Source: Kondoa subrosea
Taxonomy: Eukaryota
Direction: 5' to 3'
DNA length: 64,000 nt
Assembly (NCBI GenBank): GCA_039545335.1
Contig: BCIN01000004.1
Location: 734,925-798,924, forward strand
The notes beneath the pieces were generated by a model. That model had not been told where the DNA came from. It worked only from the letters and a program-made list of their open reading frames with translations, and made no database searches. The position numbers and the translations under genes were made by a program. The first letter of the stretch is position 1. Every line of letters starts with the position of its first letter. Positions 39,532-49,809 of the stretch are shown here, in pieces.

Positions 39532-40000
39532 AGTGAAGTTTTAGACAGAAACAGCTTTGAAAGGAATGTGCGAGAGCGAGTACTAGAGAAAGAAAAGACA
39601 GACCCAAATAAACAGAGGACAACGCCGCGAAAAAGGAGATCAAAGAGCACCCCGATCGCTGGGCAAATTGCAATCATGCAATCACATAATTGGAATGCAG
39701 GTTGCGGACACGAGGATCGGAAGGCAAGGCTCGTAGTCTTCTTCTCTGTGACACCGCATCTTAGCCATTGAGCAACAGAGGTCGCCGCTTTTCGAAAACA
39801 GTGTCAAAGCACACCCGACGGATCGGGAAGAACTTGTCAATGGGCATCCCTGAGTGTACTGATGACGTCTCTTTATTTTGCACTTGGATTCACTTATAAA
39901 TTAATGCTAATCTTTTGGTATCGCGAAACGCGGTATCTCTTTTTCTGATAGTAGTACAAAAAAATGGGAATTCTTTCTGTCCATCGACCCCATCTTCTCC

Positions 40001-42082
40001 TTACAGCAGAGCGAACAAGAATGCTACACTTGCAACCAATCCACTGAAAGCCAATAATGATCCTGATGAATCTTTCGACGATGTAGGTTGAGATGAAGAA
40101 GCTGCTGCAGCATCTAAGGCTGCAGTGGCATTGGCTTCCACTACAGATGATGAAAGACTTGAGCTTGGTTCCGGCATGCTTGAATATGCTGTTATCGGTG
40201 TGCCTAGAGGCGCGGTAGCGGTAGCGGCGAAGCTGTCACGAGGATCAGTCAAAGATCAAAATTTCTACCATGAGTACAGATTCTCACTTTGCGCTGTCTG
40301 ACGCCAGCTCCTGTGCATTGAGAGCTGTGTCGTACGTCTCGGTGTAGTCGCCTTGGCCGCAAGTTCCGATATCGGTAAACTGTGGTCAGATTTCAGCTAT
40401 CAAGGAGCATCTCAAAAGCTATTCGACCAACGTAGAAGTACTAGAGCGCTGTATATCAGCGTTTATCCAAATGTCAGCCAGAAGTGAACATACGTGATCA
40501 GCTTCGGATTGCCCACCAGCGCAACGAGCTAAGCATGAGAAAGTTCAGCATACTGAAGCGATACAACATCAACAACAAAAGCTCACGATCCGCGTTCCAG
40601 CCTTCGCAAACCTCAAAGTCTTGTCCATACATTGCTGATTGACCAAAGACATGAATTCCAGTATTCTAGAACCCAAACAGCTCACATCAACATTTCCCTC
40701 TCTACTTTCTGGAGTATACTCAAAAACGCACCACAAAAGTGTAATTCATTGGTCCAGTACCAATAGGTAGCATACCAGGAACCGAGTCATCGTTGGAAAC
40801 TGTTCGTTGGGAAGAATCGCCAGGGAAAGTTTCATCAAATTTAGCTGCTGCGGCTGGATTGAAGACTGGTGGTGAACCGAAAGATTGCACAGAGTAGGCA
40901 AAAGTCCGAATTTTCAGGTCTAAGGCTCCAACTTGTGCTACCATACCTCCAAAACCGTGGCTGTGCACAACCGTCGTCAGTTCGTAAGAAATATATCAAG
41001 ACAATGAAAGTTGACTAACCCAGCAGCTGACCATACGAGGTTTTGTTGAGTTGCTTTGATTTGAGCCATATCGTTGGTATGGGCTTTGATATCTTGCCAT
41101 GCTTGGTACGCGCCAGCGCTACATTTCCTTGCTTTAGCTTTCCCCGATCATTTTTGACGCAAAGAAGAAACCTGACTGTACTTTGCATGTGTCGTCGCAG
41201 CCAATACCGAGATAAGGTACTAAAGTGGCATTGTATTCTTGCCAGCCATAATTACCCTTGAAGACTGAAACAAAAACATCAAACGGGACAATATAAACAG
41301 CATGGAAGGGAAGACCGCACTCATGAGGATCTTGTTCATTTCTGGCACACGCACTGCGTAACCAGTCTGATTGTAAGTTCCAACGTTGAACCATTCATCT
41401 ACAACCTGTTCCAAGACGGCGGCATTAATACTTTAACAGTAACCCAATGACAATGCAGCTGACTTCAAAGGGAGCGTTAGTGTTGCCTGGATACTGTCGT
41501 TGAAGCGTTTCGTAAGTGAAAGCTTGTGGGCATTCACTAACACATGGTCAGTATAGAATCATCTAATTTTGCAACAGAATCAGCTCACGAGCGATAGTTG
41601 CCGTAAGCCGACATTGCGAGTTGACCTATACTAATCGTAAGCTATGTATCTGATGAATATTTGTAGGCCTACCATGGTATTTCTAGGTAATCAAACGAAA
41701 ATTTAAGCCAAGAGCGATTTGTAAAGAAACTTTCTGGGACTCACGTTGTGCCAGTAGAAGCTCGCAGAGCCAACACCGCTATTTAAACACCCATTCTGAG
41801 TCTACATAAATGCATACGTCCTTCAAGAAGAACGCACGACCAAGGATCAGTAGCCGCAGGTGATCCAGCAGCTGGTGCCGCAGCAGCAGTAGGACTAGGA
41901 GCTGGAGTCCAAGGTGATGCATCTTGAGTCCAAGTGTTGCTCGGACCCTGCTCGGTTGCTGCCCAGGTGTTGTCTCCGTTTCCAGGTGCCCAAGTGTTTT
42001 GTGCTACACTAGCATTGGCTGCTGCTGGATCTTGTGCTTGTACAGCATAGACCATGACGGCCAGAAGAATAGAAATGTGCAT
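40001..42082 (-). CDS. Secreted, probably GPI-anchored lipase class 3 (alpha/beta hydrolase) homologue lacking the catalytic Ser
   Basis: Signal peptide; spliced CKVH|AGAYQAW, AAG|HGFGGMVAQVGALDL, SFGSPPVFN, NDDSVP and ADH..YF; S/A-rich stalk and hydrophobic C-terminus SLLAFSGLVASVAFLFALL. Confidence 0.75.
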
Positions 42083-43099
42083 GATATAACGGAAGTTCTG
42101 GTATGAAGTAATAGTCTAATCAGGGTTTGAAAGCTGCGTGAGTGCTTGAAGAAGCTGTGAGGGTTGTGGGCTGATGATAAGAAGAGTAAGCGAAAATCGA
42201 ATGGAAGAGAGAAGACCAGCAAAAGAAGGAAGAAGCAGAAATGCCGAGCGCAAGGTCAATTCAAAACAAATAGTCGGGATTTTGTTAAAGACTGCAGACT
42301 GCATGAGGGCAGAGCGGTGGCATATATGGCAGCCGATGACACGCGAACAGGGATCCAAGAGACTCGCTGAGCAGAAGAGAAGGCGACTTTCACTTCAACC
42401 TGCAATTTCGATATGACGCCTCAATACTACTGCATATCGTATCGTATGCCATCAAGCTAGGGCTGGATGTCTGCTTCACCTGTTTTTGCTTTCATCCATT
42501 CAATCGAAGCTGCCTTCTGTCCTTGGATTCTTTGTCAATCTCTGTCGAGGCATTCATGATCTATCGCGAATACAATCTCGTAGCAACAGCCTAGCAGGTC
42601 TCAAGTGTATGATTCTGCCACATTATTATTCGCTCAAATCCTCTTCAGCAAAGCAAAGCATTCGGCGAATGACCAGCCGTCAAATATAATTCGAATCGAA
42701 CAAGAAGCTCCAATTCCGACGGCCGCCCATTGCTTTACTTTTCTTTATCGGACTGTTTGGATGGCCCAGGGCGCTCCATTTGTGAGAGACCTTTGATGGT
42801 TCTTCTTGGGCTGAACATGCTCTGAATCGCCCAACATCAGGCCAAGACTTGCCTGGTTTGACGTATGAGCGCCTTAGTTCCTACTCATCATGGAGTGAAA
42901 GCAGTCCAATCGTCTCTCATAGTCTCGCTCGATGATACCTTAGCCAATCTGAAGATAGGACTTTACATTCCTAACCTTTGGATATGTTCATACTTGTCGT
43001 TCATGTTTGCTCTGCACTGGTCTTCAATGGCAGTTGCGACTCGGCTTGGATGGTCGTTCCTTGTCAGAGCTGAAAATACATCTGATTCCCATTGTCAAC

Positions 43100-43404
43100 C
43101 GCTATTTGTCAACAGAACGGCTCTTCGACGGTAATCCGATGTGATTTCTCTGATTTCTTCGCTATACGCCGGTCATACTGAATAAAAATAGCAATCCTCG
43201 GTGGAATTGCTGTCGTCCGTTACGGTGAACCGCTATTTCCCTACTTCCGCTATTTTGCCATACGGAAAGACGACGCTATTGCAAGGAGTCACGGAATAGA
43301 ATCTGTATGGCTGCTGGAATTCCGCTTTGGGCCACTTACATCCTGTACTTACACCGAAATCATCTGTTCTTGATCCGTTCTTGGATTAGAATGATGCTAT
43401 ATAA
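43100..43404 (+). promoter_or_regulatory. Putative promoter of orphan gene B with clustered CGCTAT(T/A) motifs and a TATA box
   Basis: CGCTATT at 43100, 43231, 43248 and 43274; CGCTATA at 43160; TATATAA at 43398-43404; ATG at 43491. Confidence 0.45.
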
Positions 43405-43490
43405 GCTGAAGAATTATCTTCTCTCTCTTGTTCTCACCAATATCATTGCTATACTTCTGACCATTCAAGCAAATACTTATCATCAGCATT

Positions 43491-44614
43491 ATGTCATCTC
43501 CTCTTTCGCAGCAGGGTCACTATGACCATACCATGATGCACCCACGGGATGATCCTGATTATCCTGCTGCAAATTCCTATGGAGCACGACTGGAGCCACA
43601 TGGTGGTACGATTACCACAATGCTGCGTGAGCATAACCCTTGCTGTTATGTTTTGTCTGATTGATTGACGCGTCATATAGGGGGAGGACGGACCGCTCTT
43701 GAAAAGGGCGATAACAATGACACTCGATGGTATAGAGGTTCGACCGATAATTGCAACAACCGATACAACTATACCCCGAAATTTGTCACAATTGATAAGA
43801 ACGAATTGAAGCTGCATCGAGATAAGCAAAACGATCATGCTCAATACGAGAGATCCGAAGTCGACCGTGAGTGATAGAGATCAAACCATTTGCATGGTCT
43901 GAACAACTGCTCTTGATGCAGATTATTTCGAAGTCCAGTTTATGGGTGTGTCGCTTATTGTTCTTGGCGTCATCTCTCGTTGATGTGCGTCGTCATTGGT
44001 AGCTCTTGTTGCGGATACACACGGAACAAAGGAGAATGACGAGTTGAAAAGAATTGTCAATGCACCTCGCAATATGCATTTGGTGCGGAAATCACTTCAC
44101 CTAGAGAAGTCGCTTTACCTTTCTGTCAGTTGATCTGACAGCCACAATCGTCAATTGCTCAATAGAAAGAGTTTTGTACAGGGTCACAAAGGCGGAATTG
44201 CAATGAGTAATGAACTTCACTCCTACATGGTGGCTGCTGCTACTGAGTTCAAGAGCTTGGTCAATGAAGAGTTGGCAAGTCTTTTGCAGCGTAAACCGCA
44301 GATCGATAGAGAAGCTGCCAAATCGTCAGAAGAATATAACCGATGTTTGAAGACTTATGGAGAGACAGATTATCGAACAGCCATGGCTAAAGACCCGTTT
44401 ACCAAGGCTATGGCACTGGAGGCTACTTCCAAAGCGGCCATTGAGGTTTTGGAAGATCTCAAGCACTCGCCATTCTATACAGGCAAATGGTCCGACCATT
44501 GGCTGGAGTCAGTCTGCTTCTGGTTACCTTGTGTGTGTGTTTTCGCTGATAGACAACATATGTGTCAGGCATGGTTGGCACTGGCCTCATAACTTGGCTT
44601 CAGGAGCCCAATAA
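43491..44614 (+). CDS. Orphan protein B with HNH/His-Me-finger-like motif (paralogue of 31389-32449)
   Basis: Introns 43627-43680, 43867-43921, about 43946-44002, 44125-44181 and 44508-44568 give VDHYFEVQ, VNAPRNMHLVRKSLHLEK and WLEHGWHWPH. Confidence 0.75.
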
Positions 44615-44922
44615 CTTGAGCTGAAGTAATATGGGAGGTGCTTTCTGCAATTCGTGACAGAAGGGTTCTGCGCATGTCCTACCATACTTTACTATGCATT
44701 ATTTCGTTTCGTTTCTGCTCTGTCACATTGCTTCACTCTTTCGTGATTTTCGACTGCTGAGGCCCTCATAAAGGAAATAGAAATCTGCAATATGGTCAAG
44801 AGGACAGATTGGGAGAGTCTCAGCTAGAATATCTCTGGAATATTCAATGATTGTAAACGACATAATTCTATTCTACATTGGGGATGTTCGAACTGCTTTC
44901 CACACCGACTTCTTCCATTCGA

Positions 44923-45675
44923 TTAAGTGGAAGTAGGGCAAGCGAGAGTGAGATTGACGCTTGGAACACGGATTGATCTGTCATTGTTTCCGTTGACTTG
45001 ATGTTCAACAATACGGAGGCCTGCAGTCCACAGATTCAGAACCGGGTAAAGGCAGAAAGATGCGGAAGCTTACGAATGGGTCCATTGCATGCTACATTGT
45101 CATCATCTGATCCATTACCAGAGACGTCGAAATCATCGTCCAACAAACGGAAGTAAGCACTCATGGGTGCAGTCGCGTTTGATGGGTTAGGTGCCCATTT
45201 CTCAACAACCTATAGATAAATCATCAGAATGTATGGCAAGTGGATGTCAAAAGATAGAGACGAACAGTGTAGCTGCTAGTATCATCATCATCGTCATCAT
45301 CCTCTTCAGATTGTCTCTTCATTCTTCGGCGGTCTTCTTCTCCATCACTGTCTTCGTTAGAATCACCTCCATCTTCTTCTTGAGAGTTTCCACTGCTGGT
45401 AGAGTAAACCAATTCGACCTGGGTTTTCTCGGACAATGAGTCTCGGACTTTGTAAACCACATCAAGACGAAACTCACGTCAATGTATGAAGTCAATGCTC
45501 CAGGAGTGTAGACTACATGGAGAGCTCCAGATTCGCCTCTTGTTACAGATGTACCAGAAGTAGGTAAAGTAACTCGACCGGAAGCAGAGGTAGAAGTAGA
45601 TTGACGAGGTTGAAGAGGAGCTGAGAGAACAGCGAAGGGAATGAGAGCTAGAGCGGTAAGAGTGTTGAGGAGCAT
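44923..45675 (-). CDS. Small secreted acidic protein, multi-exon
   Basis: Signal peptide MLLNTLTALALIPFAVLSAP, an acidic insert with RRRMKR, and a last exon RLRIVEHQVNGNNDRSIRVPSVNLTLACPTST*. Confidence 0.65.
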
Positions 45676-46206
45676 CTTTGAGTTGGTAAGGTGCAGAGTG
45701 TTGAATATGGATGAGAAGAGGGATGAAACAGACAAAAGGAAACAGGTTTGTCCGCATGAGGCGGTGATCCCGACTGCTCTTTACTCCAGTGACGTGCATT
45801 GCACATGCCAAGTGATCCTCGCCTTGCCTTATATGCTCGAAACTCCAGGTGCGCATCAAGAGCGGCACAGGCACAGCATAGCAGAAAACTTCTCGCGGGA
45901 GCTTGGCGCGCGAAGGAGTAAATGACGCGCTCTCCGAAGCAAAGTAGACGGATGTAGTAGCATTCAAACGCATAGTAGAAGCATAGACAGGTATATCGAG
46001 CTCACAGACAGTCAGGGAAACCACTTTGGCTTCATCAGACATGAGGGGATCAAGCCAAAGCGTAAAGACAGCGAGAGCAGGAGATGTCGCATATTCATAC
46101 CAGCTGATGTAGCCAGCATATCTGTGCCACAACGCGAGAGTAAGGTCACAGTGCAAGAACAAGGTCGAGCATCCGAAAATCGAAACAGCGACCCTAAGGC
46201 CTAAAT

Positions 46207-49200
46207 ATGTCTGACTGCCCTCATTTGAGCTCTATCTTGCTATCTGCACCGTCATATAACCAGACTGTTCATCGAGAGGTCCGCTGAGCTGTTTCAAACG
46301 GTACTTTCAGGCCTGACGTTTGCTTTGTTTCCAGGAGTGCACTCAATGCTTCGATGATCAAGTGAGCAGCTCATTCACAACATTGACCGTTTGGCTCATC
46401 TTTGTGAATCATCTCGCTCACAGGACGGTCCAGAAGGCATCGACGTCTGCTTGAAATGCTTCAACGCGGGCTGCACTCGATTACACGCTGCGCTCCATGC
46501 AGACAAAGCTGGCTCGAATCATGCTCTTGCAGTTAACATCAAGAGGAAAAGGAAACCTTTGCCAGAACGAAGCAAACGAGACTCTAATGAACCACCTATG
46601 AAGAAGCTTGCTATTCGCGAAGAAGCCAGTGAGGCTGAGAAGTACGATTGGGAGACTAGTGTTCGTTGTTATGCTTGTCAAGAAGGTGGGAAAGTGTTAC
46701 AAAGCAGTGACAAAGTGTGTGTGTAGCTATGAGTCTTTCGCTCATCGTGCCCAATACGCGATGTGATACAGGTACAACCCATTATTCAAGCTATCATGTC
46801 TTCTATGTCTTCAGCTCAACAATCAGAGGTTAAAGCTTGGGAAGAAGAAATCACTTCCTGCCAGCACGTCACTTCGTTAGAACAAGTCGCTCCTTTCAAG
46901 TTGGAACCATCGGGTAAGTCCAACTCTTCAGATTGGCAATTATTGCTTATCGAAGATTGTGAATGACAGGATTAGCTACCTGCTCGAAATGTGATCTGAA
47001 AGCGAATCTTTGGCTTTGTCTCACTTGTGGTGCACTCGGTTGCGGTAGACAGCAATTCGGCGGTCTAGGAGGTAATGGTCATGCGCTATCGCATTCGGAT
47101 GAGACTGGTCATGGAGTCGCTGTCAAACTTGGGACGGTGGAACCAGAAGGAACAGCAGGTTTGTCGTTCAGCTACGCTTTTTGAAGTTAGCCTCAAAAGG
47201 TAGCTGGTGGCAATAGATATCTACTGTTATATTTGCAATGACGCTCGATTGGATCCTCATCTCGCCAAACATCTGGCCAATTTCGGCATTGAAGTCTCTG
47301 AGCAGACAAAGACTGAGAAATCAATGACAGAGCTGGTCAGTGAGACGTTCTGAAATTCGCTTTTGGCTGATTTCTGGATGATTTCATGACAGCAAGTGGA
47401 GCAGAATCTCAAATTCGATTTCGCTATGACTGGAGAAGATGGGAAAGAGCTCGAACCTCTGTTTGGACCAGGTCTTACAGGTCTGCGCAACTTGGGGAAC
47501 AGGTAAGCTCTTTTGATTCATGGCTATTCATCGGGTGACTCATTGGGCTACTAGCTGTTACATGGCTTCGGTTCTTCAGTCCCTCTTCTCCCTTCCTGAC
47601 TTTGCGAATCGTTACTATGAGTCCGCTGATGCTCAATCTCATGCTTTCCTCTGTACTTCCACCGATCCTTCGACATGCTTAGAATGTCAAATGATCAAAA
47701 TCGGTGATGGACTTTTGAGTGGTCGATACTCTGTTCCTCGCGCACCAGAATCCGATGACGCGCAATTCTCTCCTCCTCCTTCCGAAGCTGCTGAAACTAG
47801 AAATGATCCTCAACTTGCTTTTCAACAAGGAATCAAACCTATCATGTTCAAAACTTTGATCGGGAAAAATCATGAAGAATTCAAGACTATGCGTCAACAA
47901 GATGCTGATGAGTTCTTGAAACATTTGTTCCAGACTCTAGAAAGATCCGTCCCAGGAGGACAAGGCGATGTTGGTGTGAATGAGTTCAAGTTTGGGATGG
48001 AGAACAGGTTACAATGTTTGGAATGCAAGGGAGTTAGGTATAGAGTTGAAGAACAAGATTCGTTGAGCGTTCCTGTGCCGACTAAAGAATTGGAAAAGAG
48101 CATGGAAGTGGACGGGAAAGAAGGCAAAGTCGAGTACGAGTCAGTGAAATTGGAAGATTGTTTGAGCATTCTTACTGGAGAGCAAGAGTTGGAGTATAAA
48201 TGTCCGAATTGCAAGAAGGATGTCAAAGCTATTCAGTGAGTGACGTACGGCAGCTTGAGTGCTTCTGCTGATTGCTTTGGACAGGTCGACAAAGTTCTCT
48301 ACTTTCCCTGATACTCTTGCGATTCATGCAAGGCGGTTCAAGCTTGTTGGTTGGGTACCTCAGAAAGTCGGCGAGTCATTTGCTCTTTCACACTCTTTCA
48401 GCGCTCACTTCATAAAACCCAGATGTTCCAATACAGATACAGGAAGAGTCCCTATCTTTGGATTCCTTCAAGAGTACGGGCAAGCTTGATGCTGAGGTAG
48501 AGCTACCAGAAAGCAAAGATGGTTCGCAATTCTTGCTAGTCGTCATAACTCAACTCACTGAAGTCTAACAGAAGCAACAGCTCTACCGGAATTTAACGCT
48601 GCTGCCATGGCTCAACTTGAGGGAATGGGCTTTCCTACCATTCGCTGCCAGAAAGCTCTACTAGCTACTGGCAATTCAGATGCTGAAGCCGCAATGAATT
48701 GGCTATTTGGCCATATGGAGGATCCGGGTGAGCCCTACTTCACTTTGGATGGGAATTGGATTTGACAATATAGCAGACATTGACGAACCGATTCAAGCAT
48801 CTACTTCAGCTTCAGCGGCGTCTTCCGCAGATGCTTCGCCCGAACAGATCAGTATGATTGTTGATATGGGTTTCTCACCTTCGCAGGCCAGAAAAGCTCT
48901 TCGCGAAACAGTGAGTCTTCTTCTAAAGGCTATTCGCAACACGTTGCTAAATGTACGGTTCAGAGCGGATCTGTCGAGCGGTCGATAGAGTGGCTCTTCT
49001 CTCATCCTGACGATCAAGGTGAAGACGCCGCCTCAAGCGCGACTGATTCATCCCAAAAGAAGATTGGAGGGTCGGCTGATCTTCCGGCAAAGTACCGTCT
49101 CAAGTCGTTCATCTCGCACAAAGGACCTTCAGTACATTCCGGTCACTATGTGGCGCATGTTCGTAAAGATAATGGATGGGTTCTGTTCAATGATGAAAAG

Positions 49201-49339
49201 GTACGCGCACAATTTGCGTCAACGATTATTGCTCACGTCCATTCTGTAGGTTGTAAAGGCAGAAGGTGGACTTCAAAGCGCTGGCGCTCTCAGTCCGTTG
49301 GCCTATTTGTATATCTTTGAGAGAATAAAGAATGCATAG
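46207..49339 (+). CDS. UBP14: Ubiquitin carboxyl-terminal hydrolase 14 (isopeptidase T/USP5 orthologue), multi-exon
   Basis: zf-UBP (CSKCDLKANLWLCLTCGALGCGR), Cys box GLRNLGN/SCYMASVLQ, MRQQDADEF, two UBA domains (MGFP.., DMGFS) and His box HKGPSVHSGHYVAH. Confidence 0.96.
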
Positions 49340-49366
49340 AGGCACAGAGGAAGCGATAAAGGTTTC

Positions 49367-49762
49367 GATTAAATCTATATTCGATGCAATGATCTTCCTT
49401 TACAAGAATAAATATCTGAATCAATGATCTTCCTTTACAAGATCAAATATCTGATTAAATCTATATTCGATGCAATGATCTTCCTTTACAAGAATAAATA
49501 TCTGAATCAATGATCTTCCTTTACAAGATNNNNNNNNNNNNNNNNNNNNNNNNNNNNNNNNNNNNNNNNNNNNNNNNNNNNNNNNNNNNNNNNNNNNNNN
49601 NNNNNNNNNNNNNNNNNNNNNNNNNNNNNTTACAAGATCAAATATCTGATTAAATCTATATTCGATGCAATGATCTTCCTTTACAAGAATAAATATCTGA
49701 ATCAATGATCTTCCTTTACAAGATTAAATATCTGATTAAATCTATAATGATCTTCCTTTACA
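49367..49762 (+). repeat. AT-rich compound tandem repeat (86-bp unit made of ~35- and ~51-bp related subunits) interrupted by an assembly gap
   Basis: The core AATGATCTTCCTTTACAA recurs on both sides of the gap. ATTAAATCTATATTCGATGC occurs at 49368 and 49454. Confidence 0.9.
49530..49629. other. Assembly gap (100 N)
   Basis: Run of exactly 100 n characters. Confidence 1.
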
Positions 49763-49809
49763 AAAGTACAAGCTCACATTGTACATCGTTCACTGTTCTC
49801 AAGCTATAT

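Noticed and set aside
35713..43230. Identical 13-mer CGTTACGGTGAAC at 35713 and 43218, upstream of two orphan genes
   Set aside because: Tens of chance 13-mer matches are expected in 64 kb, so this is not significant on its own.
45479..46162. 227-aa minus-strand ORF
   Set aside because: It has a non-ATG start, spans the divergent promoter between the secreted gene and UBP14, overlaps the secreted gene out of frame, and has no recognisable motifs.
49421..49705. 94-aa ORF with repeated peptide IQIFILVKEDH
   Set aside because: It is a translation of the tandem repeat across the N gap, so not evidence of a gene.
49367..49762. CRISPR-like appearance of a repeated core with intervening sequence
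   Set aside because: The intervening segments are themselves repeated rather than unique spacers, the context is eukaryotic, and there are no cas genes.
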